A stretch of DNA of 64,000 bases, taken from NCBI GenBank assembly GCA_963733675.1, contig CAVTET010000001.1:1-64000 (forward strand). Direction: 5' to 3'. The position numbers were made by a program, and so were the translations under genes. Shown in pieces: positions 55,471 through 64,000 of the stretch (the stretch's first letter is position 1; each line of letters begins with the position of its first letter). The notes beneath the pieces were generated by a model. It was not told where the DNA came from, searched no databases, and saw only the letters and a program-made list of their open reading frames with translations. This stretch comes from an uncultured Methanosarcinaceae archaeon (GTDB lineage Archaea > Halobacteriota > Methanosarcinia > Methanosarcinales > Methanosarcinaceae).

Positions 55471-56061
55471 TTGGTAAAATCTTTCTATGGATATATACGA
55501 GATGCATGGAAAAACCCTGAAGAGACATATGTGAAAGAGCTCCGATGGGAGCGCTTGCAGATTTGGAGAAAACAGGGATCTGTGACCAGAATCGAAAAAC
55601 CCACACGAATTGACAGAGCTCGTTCTCTTGGATATAAAGCTAAGCAGGGTATAATTGTTGCCAGGATAAAGGTACGCCGCGGAGGACTTGGTAAAACTAG
55701 ATTCAACCGTGGGAGAAGAACACAGAAAATGGGGAAGAATAGGATCACAGGTGGCATGAGCATCCAGAGGATTGCTGAAGCTCGTGCAGACCGTAAGTAC
55801 CCCAACCTTGAGGTCCTGAACTCTTACTGGGTAGGTGAGGATGGAAAGCACATATGGTTTGAAGCCATCCTTGTAGATCCTCATCATCCTGTAATAAAGA
55901 GTGACAAGAATCTTAATTGGATCTGCTCCCAGTCTGTTAGGGGTAGAGCTACAAGAGGCAAGACTAGTGCCAGTCGTAAGGGCAGAGGTCTGTCTACTCG
56001 AGGTAAGGGCACTGAAAAAACTAGGCCAAGCATCGGTGGACATAAGAGTCGAGGTAAGTGA
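55471..56061 (+). CDS. rpl15e: 50S ribosomal protein L15e
   Basis: [38 protein letters not shown]. Confidence 0.97.
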   Translation: MVKSFYGYIRDAWKNPEETYVKELRWERLQIWRKQGSVTRIEKPTRIDRARSLGYKAKQGIIVARIKVRRGGLGKTRFNRGRRTQKMGKNRITGGMSIQRIAEARADRKYPNLEVLNSYWVGEDGKHIWFEAILVDPHHPVIKSDKNLNWICSQSVRGRATRGKTSASRKGRGLSTRGKGTEKTRPSIGGHKSRGK

Positions 56062-56498
56062 TTCATCACATAACGTTGCGTGCGCTTGCCCACGCAACGG
56101 AAGACGTATTCAGAGTCCAGAAAGCTCTAAAATTTTTTGTATCCAGCACTAGCGTCCGGGATAGGGAGTTGATTGAAGAGCTTCAGTCTGAGGGGCATCA
56201 TGGAAATCCAATTATCATATTGAGCTTGCAGATTAAAAGGAAGGCAGACTGTCTATGTTTTGCTAGTTTTGTCCGGGATCATTTTTTGGAGGAAGATTTA
56301 GCACGGCTTAGGAAAGAAATGCCGGAGAGGCTGGACAATGATCAGTTTTTCCATCTCCGCTTTGATAAGCAGGCTGCATACCTGCAGAAGGTAAAGCTAA
56401 CTGATTCTTCGAACGCGATCACTGTAAAAGTCAAGATCAAGACATATCCGAAGAGTAGGGAAAAAGCTGGAGCCATAGTGGAGGAGTTTTTTGGGTAA
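56058..56498 (+). CDS. RNA-binding protein, COG1325/DUF54-type (exosome superoperon)
   Basis: [22 protein letters not shown]; conserved position. Confidence 0.88.
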   Translation: MIHHITLRALAHATEDVFRVQKALKFFVSSTSVRDRELIEELQSEGHHGNPIIILSLQIKRKADCLCFASFVRDHFLEEDLARLRKEMPERLDNDQFFHLRFDKQAAYLQKVKLTDSSNAITVKVKIKTYPKSREKAGAIVEEFFG

Positions 56499-57210
56499 GC
56501 CAAAATGTTATGATTTTTGCGTTCATGCAATTCCTGATGGGGATAATACTGTTGAGCAACTTTCTACTCTTGCCATGCATTTCGGGTACAGTGGGATTGT
56601 GATTGCAAATCATTCGGATAAACTTCCTCAATCACCGCCTTTACTTGCCTCAACCAACGAATTTGAAATTTTCAGAGGAATTGAGCTCATAGAAGAAAAT
56701 CCCTCGAAACTTAACAGCTTGGTAGGTAAATTCAGAAAGTCTGTGGATGTCTTGATAGTACATGGAGGTTCAGAAAATGTCAACAAGGCTTCGCTGGAAA
56801 ACCCTAGGGTAGATATATTGAATCATCCGTCTTGTGATAAGAGCGCCGGGTTAAATCAGGTGCTTGCAAAGGCAGCAGCTGAAAATGGGGTTGCAATAGG
56901 CCTGACATTGAGACCTTTCCTTCATTCAAGGGGTTCAAGGCGTATCCGTCTTTTATCGGCTCTCAGGGCAAACCTAGACCTTGCCAGGAAATACGATGTT
57001 TCTCTTGTACTCTCAAGCAGCGCAATGTCCTGTTTTGACCTTCGTTCCCCAATGGAAACACTTGCTATGGCTGAAATATGCGGGCTTGAAGAAGAAGAAG
57101 CTCTTGAAGCTATGTGTACTGTACCTGAAAAAATTATTTCAAGGAAACGTCTTGTATCTGGGTATATAAGAGAAGGCATCGAAGTGCTTGAAGAGTGTGA
57201 TTATTTTTGA
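56491..57210 (+). CDS. rnp3: RNase P protein component 3 (Rpp30)
   Basis: VHGGSENVNK, VDILNHP, LNQVLAKAAAEN, FDLRSP. Confidence 0.92.
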   Translation: MGKPKCYDFCVHAIPDGDNTVEQLSTLAMHFGYSGIVIANHSDKLPQSPPLLASTNEFEIFRGIELIEENPSKLNSLVGKFRKSVDVLIVHGGSENVNKASLENPRVDILNHPSCDKSAGLNQVLAKAAAENGVAIGLTLRPFLHSRGSRRIRLLSALRANLDLARKYDVSLVLSSSAMSCFDLRSPMETLAMAEICGLEEEEALEAMCTVPEKIISRKRLVSGYIREGIEVLEECDYF

Positions 57211-57590
57211 AACGCTTGCTTCCTTCGCTTCGTGGGAAAAAACGCTATATAGCTTTTGAGCTGATTTCCGAGGGACCTGTAGGCAGGAGCGATTTGGTAA
57301 AGGAGATCATGTCCTCTGCTTCCTCACTGCTTGGGGATGTAATTTCAAGTGAATGCGATATTAAGGTTTTGGGGTTTGAAGACTGGAAAGGTATTATCCA
57401 GTGCTCCAATAACAGAGTAAAAGAAACAAGAGCTTCTCTGGCAGCTCTCACTCGGATTAATGGGAAGAGAGCAACTTTGCACATACTTGGAATTTCAGGT
57501 ACAGTTAAAAGAGCTACTGAAAAATTCATCCGAATTCATAAGGGCTTTGAGCCCGAAATTGAGACTAAATTCAGAATGGTTGAGGGATAA
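57207..57590 (+). CDS. rnp2: RNase P protein component 2 (Pop5)
   Basis: LPSLRGKKRYIAFE, LGISGTVK. Confidence 0.92.
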   Translation: MKRLLPSLRGKKRYIAFELISEGPVGRSDLVKEIMSSASSLLGDVISSECDIKVLGFEDWKGIIQCSNNRVKETRASLAALTRINGKRATLHILGISGTVKRATEKFIRIHKGFEPEIETKFRMVEG

Positions 57591-58386
57591 AATCTGGAAG
57601 GTTCAGGTAGATAAAATGGCATCTTTTCTTGGTATTATTTTTATGTTTTCATTGAATCTTCAACCATGGAGCTGCTTAACATATACAATAATGAATGAGT
57701 ATTAATTAGTGTAACATATTAATTAGTAGGACTGATTGACAGTGATGTAGCTTGTGCGGAATTTCTGAAAGTTGATTGTGAATGAGTGAGATTCTGATAA
57801 GAAAGCAGGCCTAAAATCAGAGTTCATTGGAAAATTTAGAAGGTTAAATCTCAATGAGGTTCTCAAAGCCTGATTTTATGTACTAGAAATACATGGGTCT
57901 CACAAGCATTATAACTGAGTAAATACACTTTACTAACGGACTTGGTTAACATCGGAACTAGACCTCAAAAACAATTAAAATGGTCTCCCTTAAGTACGTG
58001 AATCCATGTAACAATTTGGGGAACGTATTTTATTGGGTAAAAGTGCCTTTGAATTCCCTTTATCTGGTGTATTTTCGCTGGTTTCATCCAATAAATCTGT
58101 CAGGATTTGAAGTCCCGAATAAAAGGTTAAAAACTCTAATAAGGAAGAAATACGTTATAGTGGATCAAAAGTCTTTTTCCTTACCTGAATGAAGGGTCGA
58201 GGGCTTTAAGCCCCTGAATTTTCGGGATATCCGCACAGTTTCGTGATCACTGACCAAAGCCTTTTTTTGGAAGGCGTTTATTTAGCTGATGACTCTGCGG
58301 GTAGAGATCCTAAAAGGAAGTAATGCCGGTTATTTGCCGGGAAGATTGGGAACAACAAGAATAGATATATAAGGGAGATATGGAAT

Positions 58387-59136
58387 ATGCAGATGGCACC
58401 ACAAATGGGTTATGACAGGGCAATTACTGTTTTTAGCCCTGATGGAAGACTTTTTCAGGTAGAATATGCCCGCGAGGCAGTTAAAAGGGGAACAACAGCC
58501 GTGGGAATCAAGGCAGCTGATGGGGTAGTGCTGCTGGTTGATAAGAGAATTACGAGCAGGCTTGTGGAAGCTGAATCAATAGAAAAAATTTTCCAAATTG
58601 ATGATCACATCGGAGCCGCAACTTCAGGGCTTGTGGCAGACGCCCGCTCTCTTGTTGATAGGGCCCGTGTAGAAGCACAGGTCAACAGGGTTTCTTATGA
58701 TGAACTCATAGGTGTGGAGGTTATCTCCAAAAAAATATGCGACCATAAGCAGACCTACACACAGTATGGCGGTGTCCGCCCCTACGGTACTGCACTTCTT
58801 ATTGCAGGTGTAGATGACAATCTCCCTAGGCTATTTGAGACTGATCCAAGTGGTGCTCTTCTGGAATACAAGGCAACAGCTATTGGAGCGGGCAGAAACG
58901 CAGTAGTTGAAGTTTTTGAGGCTGATTACAGAGAAGACATGAATATTGATGCAGCTATTCTCCTCGGGATGGATGCGCTCTATAGAGCTGCTGAAGGTAA
59001 ATTCGAAGCTTCAACCCTCGAAGTTGGTATTGTCTCCCTTCAGGATAAGAAATTCAGGAAATTGGTTCCTGAAGAAGTTGAGAAATATGTTCAGCAGATC
59101 CTTGCAAATCACAGAGAGCCTGAACACAAAGAATAA
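58387..59136 (+). CDS. psmA: Proteasome subunit alpha
   Basis: [24 protein letters not shown]. Confidence 0.98.
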   Translation: MQMAPQMGYDRAITVFSPDGRLFQVEYAREAVKRGTTAVGIKAADGVVLLVDKRITSRLVEAESIEKIFQIDDHIGAATSGLVADARSLVDRARVEAQVNRVSYDELIGVEVISKKICDHKQTYTQYGGVRPYGTALLIAGVDDNLPRLFETDPSGALLEYKATAIGAGRNAVVEVFEADYREDMNIDAAILLGMDALYRAAEGKFEASTLEVGIVSLQDKKFRKLVPEEVEKYVQQILANHREPEHKE

Positions 59137-59216
59137 AAATATATTAGTTTTCAGGAAATGAGTACTCAGTGAATTTTTTTATTCTCAAAATTATGGTTTA
59201 GGGAAGGTATTTGGAA

Positions 59217-59909
59217 ATGGTGTCCCTTGATGAGGCAGTTACTGCAAGGCTTAAAAGAGGCAGCAAACATTTCGAAATCCTAGTGGAGCCAGAAGGAGCT
59301 CTGGCCTACAAACGAGGAGAAGAAGTAAATCTAGAAGACATCCTGGCAGTTGAAGCAATCTTCGAAGATGCAAACAGGGGAGATCGTGCAGCAGAATCCG
59401 ATGTTGTCAAATCTTTTGAGACTACTGACATCTTAGCGATTGCTGCTTTGATCCTGAAAAACGGAGAACTTCAACTTACAGCTGAGCAAAGAAGATGCAT
59501 GCTTGAGGAAAAAAAGAAAAAAGTTATCTATACTATTTCCAAGAATGCTATAAATCCCCAGACAAGAACACCTCATCCTCCCGCAAGGATTGAAAAGGCG
59601 ATGGAGGAGGCAAAGGTTCATATAGACCCTTTAAAAAGTGTGGATCAACTAGTAAATATTACAATGAAAGCCATTCGCCCACTTATACCCATACGTTTTG
59701 AAGAAATCAGTATTGCTGTGAAAATTCCTCCAATATATGCCCCAAAAGCATATGGAGACATTTCCAAGGTTGGAACCATTACAAAAGAAGAATGGCAGCG
59801 TGATGGCTCTTGGATTGGAGTTATAAGGATTCCGGCAGGAATTCAAACTGATTTTTACGCTCTTATAAATCATCTTACGAAAGGTGAAGCTCAAACTAAA
59901 CTTTTATAA
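59217..59909 (+). CDS. Ribosome maturation factor SBDS/Sdo1
   Basis: [34 protein letters not shown]. Confidence 0.95.
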   Translation: MVSLDEAVTARLKRGSKHFEILVEPEGALAYKRGEEVNLEDILAVEAIFEDANRGDRAAESDVVKSFETTDILAIAALILKNGELQLTAEQRRCMLEEKKKKVIYTISKNAINPQTRTPHPPARIEKAMEEAKVHIDPLKSVDQLVNITMKAIRPLIPIRFEEISIAVKIPPIYAPKAYGDISKVGTITKEEWQRDGSWIGVIRIPAGIQTDFYALINHLTKGEAQTKLL

Positions 59910-59920
59910 GAGGATATTGG

Positions 59921-60703
59921 ATGGATAAAAAAATAGTGATTCCTGGTGACCTGTTATCCGCGGACACAAGAAAAGCCGGATATGGGACGTATGTTAAGAA
60001 TAACAAGATATATTCTTCGTTTTGTGGTATTGAGAATCTCAAAGATGATAGAGCTGTAGTGATCCCTCTAGCAGGAGGGTACATCCCCTCAGTAAATGAC
60101 GTTGTGATAGGGATCGTTATTGTGGTTACGCCGTCCAACTGGATAATGGACATTGCTTCTCCTTATGATGGTTTATTCCATGTATCCGAATATCCAAGAA
60201 GAATAGAATCCCGGGAGATGCCTGAAATTATGAATATAGGCGATTCTATGATTATCAGGGTAAAAGATGTAGATAGCTCCATGAAAGTTGAGCTTGGCTT
60301 GAGGGATTCAAACTTCCACAAACTCAAAACTGGTCTGATTGTCGAGGTTGAGCCTGTAAAGGTTCCCCGTGTGATAGGGCACGGCGGTTCTATGATCTCA
60401 ATGCTGAAGAAAGAAACAAACTGCAGTATTTTCGTTGGCCAGAACGGTAGAATATGGATCGATGGGAAGGGTGAAGATGTGGAGCTTTTGAGCAGGGCTC
60501 TACGGAAGATCGAAGCTGAGGCACAGCGTTCCGGATTGACAGATAGGATATACAGTTTTCTGAAAAATGAAAGGATTGTACAAAAAGAGTCAAGTAATTT
60601 AAAATTTTTTAAAAATGCGCATAAAGGCGCTAAATTAGCAAAAGAGGATCATTCCGAAGAGATCTACAGGAAAATTGACGTATTGCTGGATCCAAAGAAT
60701 TGA
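59921..60703 (+). CDS. rrp4: Exosome RNA-binding protein Rrp4
   Basis: VIPGD, YIPSVNDVVIG (S1), KVPRVIGHGGSM (KH), VGQNGRIWI. Confidence 0.95.
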   Translation: MDKKIVIPGDLLSADTRKAGYGTYVKNNKIYSSFCGIENLKDDRAVVIPLAGGYIPSVNDVVIGIVIVVTPSNWIMDIASPYDGLFHVSEYPRRIESREMPEIMNIGDSMIIRVKDVDSSMKVELGLRDSNFHKLKTGLIVEVEPVKVPRVIGHGGSMISMLKKETNCSIFVGQNGRIWIDGKGEDVELLSRALRKIEAEAQRSGLTDRIYSFLKNERIVQKESSNLKFFKNAHKGAKLAKEDHSEEIYRKIDVLLDPKN

Positions 60704-60782
60704 TTTTTGATAGAATTATGAGAGATTTTAAGGAATCTTCTATAAGCTGATTTGTTTTAGGAGTTTTTTTGGAGATCAAAGC

Positions 60783-62150
60783 ATGAGTTGTATGAGTGAT
60801 AAAACTGGAAAATTAATCACTGATGATGGGTTACGTCTTGATGGGAGGCGAGCGGATGAGATCAGGCCAATGAAAATTGAAATTGGAGTGCTTTCCAGAG
60901 CCGATGGTTCGTGTTACCTTGAATGGGGTAGAAACAAAGTCTTAGTAGGCGTATTTGGCCCTAGAGAAGCTCATCCCCGTCGTATACAGCGCGCAGATAC
61001 TGCAGTTATCCGTTATAAGTACAATATGGCTTCTTTTTCCGTTGAGGACCGTGCTCGTCCAGGCCCTAGCAGGCGGAGCATCGAAATTTCAAAAGTCTCC
61101 AGAGAAGCCTTTGAACCGGTAATTATGGCTGAGCTTTTCCCAAAAACGGCAATTGATATTTTTGTAGAAGTACTTCAGGCTGATGCGGGGACACGGACAG
61201 CCGCGATCAATGCTTCAAGTATAGCTCTTGCAGATGCCGGGATTCCTATGAAAGGTCTCATCACTTCCTGTGCCTTCGGAAAAGTTGATGGGCAAATAGT
61301 TCTCGACCTTAACAAGGAAGAAGATAATTATGGAGAGGCTGATTTTCCGGTTGCGATGACTCAGGATGGAGAAATTACCCTGCTTCAGATGGACGGGCAC
61401 CTTACATCTGAAGAAATCAAGAAAGGGCTCGAACTTGTAAGGAAAGGATGCAAGGAAATACTCGAAATTCAACAAGCAGTTCTGAGAAAAAAGTTCGAAA
61501 CTCCCATTGAAGAGCCTGCAAAAGAGACTTCTATTGAAGAGATCTCAGATATTGAGAACAAAGTTATAGAAGCAGAAGTGTCCATGAAATGCGCTTCAGA
61601 GGTAACAGTAGTCGAAGAAATTCGTGAAGAAATCAAAGTTTTTGACGAGGATGCTCCCAAAAAAATCGCTGAAGAAGAGACTATTACAGAAGAAATTCAC
61701 GAATGTGAGGAATTAGAAAACAAAATTGAAGAAGCTAAGTCCTTAGTAGAGGAAGATACTTTAGAAGGGGTAATAGAAGCTGAAATCGGAGAAAAGGCTG
61801 ATCTTAAAGCATCTTTAGAGATAAATCCCAAGATTACAGAGTTTGAAGAGCTTGAGCTCATCAAGGAAGAAGCCTGTTCCTCTGACGCAGAAAAAATGAA
61901 ATTCGAGTCTGGGGTATTTGCTGAAGAAGAAACTCCGCTTTACGAGAAATCCATTACTGAAGAAGTTATCTCAGAAAAGGCTTCTGAATCCAAAAATGAG
62001 CTTGAGTTGAAAGATAAATCCAGAAAAAAGGTTCTTGCTGAAGATGCAGTAAAAGTTGAAGAAAAGTCTGAAAAAGAGAATTCCAAAGGACCTTGGCTGG
62101 TAGTAAAAGATCCCTCTGAATCAGGAAGCAAAGGTGATAAGGATGAGTGA
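60783..62150 (+). CDS. rrp41: Exosome exonuclease Rrp41 with a long Glu-rich C-terminal extension
   Basis: RLDGRRADEIRP, GPREAHP, RRSIEIS, LQADAGTR, EEDNYG. Confidence 0.96.
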   Translation: MSCMSDKTGKLITDDGLRLDGRRADEIRPMKIEIGVLSRADGSCYLEWGRNKVLVGVFGPREAHPRRIQRADTAVIRYKYNMASFSVEDRARPGPSRRSIEISKVSREAFEPVIMAELFPKTAIDIFVEVLQADAGTRTAAINASSIALADAGIPMKGLITSCAFGKVDGQIVLDLNKEEDNYGEADFPVAMTQDGEITLLQMDGHLTSEEIKKGLELVRKGCKEILEIQQAVLRKKFETPIEEPAKETSIEEISDIENKVIEAEVSMKCASEVTVVEEIREEIKVFDEDAPKKIAEEETITEEIHECEELENKIEEAKSLVEEDTLEGVIEAEIGEKADLKASLEINPKITEFEELELIKEEACSSDAEKMKFESGVFAEEETPLYEKSITEEVISEKASESKNELELKDKSRKKVLAEDAVKVEEKSEKENSKGPWLVVKDPSESGSKGDKDE

Positions 62151-62934
62151 AGTTATTGCTACGCTCAAGAAGGATTATATTTACAATCTTATGGTCAAAG
62201 AAAAGCGACAGGATGGGCGTGGATTTAAGGATTTCAGGGATATCAAACTCGAAACAAATATTATCACGAAAGCTGAAGGTTCGGCAAAAATAACTCTTGG
62301 TGATACCCAGGTCCTTGTAGGAGTCAAGCTTCAGATAGGCACTCCGTTTCCGGATTCGCCAGATGAAGGTGTGATTATTACCAACCTTGAGCTTAACCCT
62401 ATTGCTTCTCCAGATTTTGAGCCAGGTCCTCCCAAAGAAGAAGCAATCGAGATGGCAAGAGTCGTTGATAGGGGGATCCGAGAATCGGGTGCAATTGATT
62501 TAAAGAAGCTGTGTGTAGCGGTGGGAGAATCAGTCTGGATAGTCTTCATAGATGTCCATGTTCTCAATGATGAGGGGAATGTTATTGATGCTTCCTGTTT
62601 CGCTGCTATTGCAGCTCTTATGACCACGATTGTTCCAAATGAGCATCCGGGGATCGGTAAAAATGTGCCCCTTGCAATGAAAGAGATACCAGTGGGCGTG
62701 ACTCTGGCTAAAATTGGCTCAAAGCTAATGGTGGATCCCTCTCTGGATGAAGAGGCAATTTGCGAGACAAAACTTACAATTGTTTCCAGTTCAGATGGAT
62801 CTGTTGCTGGAATGCAAAAAATGGGTTCTGTTCCTCTCACTGAAGCAGAAGTTCTGGAAGCAATCGATCTGGCGCGCGAAAAGGCGACCGAACTTAGAGA
62901 ACTATATTTGGAAAAGCTTTTAAGAAAGGGATAA
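62143..62934 (+). CDS. rrp42: Exosome subunit Rrp42
   Basis: RQDGR, KAEGSA, PFPDSPDEG, ARVVDRGIRES, VDPSLDEE. Confidence 0.96.
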   Translation: MSEVIATLKKDYIYNLMVKEKRQDGRGFKDFRDIKLETNIITKAEGSAKITLGDTQVLVGVKLQIGTPFPDSPDEGVIITNLELNPIASPDFEPGPPKEEAIEMARVVDRGIRESGAIDLKKLCVAVGESVWIVFIDVHVLNDEGNVIDASCFAAIAALMTTIVPNEHPGIGKNVPLAMKEIPVGVTLAKIGSKLMVDPSLDEEAICETKLTIVSSSDGSVAGMQKMGSVPLTEAEVLEAIDLAREKATELRELYLEKLLRKG

Positions 62935-62949
62935 GTTGGAAGGATTACC

Positions 62950-63042
62950 AAGAAGATTTCGATAAACTCCTTAATTCTGTAATATTTATATAATTAGTAT
63001 ATAACTAATTCTTATTAATCAGAGGTTTATCGAAATTCTCAA
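62950..63042. mobile_element. ~93-bp MITE with IS5-like ends, copy 3
   Basis: AGAAGATTTCGATAAACTCC ... GAGGTTTATCGAAATTCTC inverted ends. Confidence 0.7.
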
Positions 63043-63150
63043 ATATTAAATATCAGTATTAACGGTATACGTGCTACAAATGTTTAGAGGTGAAGGTCTA
63101 AATCTCATGGGTGAACCTTTATCCAGCGGTTTGAATTGAATCATTTCTAA

Positions 63151-63465
<315 letters not shown>

Positions 63466-63486
63466 AAATTCTAAGGTTGTTGTTTT

Positions 63487-63624
63487 ATGGGTTACAAGTG
63501 CACTCGATGTAAACAAAAAGTTGAAGTAGATTACGAGTACACAGGCATAAGATGCCCGTATTGTGGACATCGAATCTTAGTAAAAGAACGTCCTACAACT
63601 ATCAAACGAATTAAGGCCGATTGA
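63487..63624 (+). CDS. rpoP: DNA-directed RNA polymerase subunit P (not in ORF track)
   Basis: [45 protein letters not shown]. Confidence 0.95.
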   Translation: MGYKCTRCKQKVEVDYEYTGIRCPYCGHRILVKERPTTIKRIKAD

Positions 63625-64000
63625 GGCGTATGTTAATTAATGCGGCTAAAGAGTTATGATTGTTAAAGAAGAAAAGATCTTTTAGAAATATGAGATTTTT
63701 TTTATCATTTTTCTAGACTTTTGATTAATTGCAGCCAAATGTTATTGTAATTAATTCAAACATCGGCATCCCACATGGGATTAAAAATATCAGGAATATA
63801 AGCTTTTACATTATCCTGGCGTGGATCTGGAGGAATTTATAATCAATTTATCACTTCTTTAGCGTTGAATGTCACAAATCCCCGGTTCTTTTGATCGGGG
63901 ATGAGGTTAATCACTGTCTCATTTTGTTCTTGTTCAATCCTCTAAGTCATCTCTGTTTCGTAAAATTAGTTTTTTGGCACCATTGGCAGAGGTGTTGGCC

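Noticed and set aside
55399-56097. 232-aa minus-strand ORF and other antisense ORFs (e.g. 9896-10387, 62331-62951, 33885-34262)
   Set aside because: Shadows of well-supported genes on the opposite strand
58286-58314. CTGATGA as a hammerhead ribozyme core
   Set aside because: No GAAA follows stem II and no stem III with a cleavage triplet is evident

Overview
The window looks like a Methanosarcina chromosome segment (inferred from gene content and synteny). It carries intact housekeeping genes: elp3, tyrS, mdh, ycaO-tfuA, and the rpl15e-rnp3-rnp2-psmA-SBDS-rrp4/41/42-rpl37ae-rpoP superoperon. Between them lies AT-rich, heavily decayed accessory DNA with many pseudogenes (thg1, surface-protein, TPR, YVTN, LysE, methyltransferase, DUF72, pirin, PAS and ion-channel fragments) plus remnants of IS5, IS6, IS200, IS1634 and ISH3-like elements and a ~93-bp MITE. 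The first ~6.7 kb is completely different: almost non-coding, extremely AT-rich and built from successive tandem-repeat families (19-bp; ~70-90-bp hairpin-forming; CTAAAGCAAAGTCAAT-cored; a second 19-bp array in opposite polarity). These families share seed motifs, grade into one another, and join the chromosome in the middle of a truncated HTH regulator gene. This block is either a telomere/satellite-like terminal structure I do not know from Methanosarcina, or a long-read contig-end or amplification artefact; sequence alone cannot decide. No tRNA, rRNA or true CRISPR array was seen. All repeat counts are hand counts and all family assignments are from motif recognition, not database searches.
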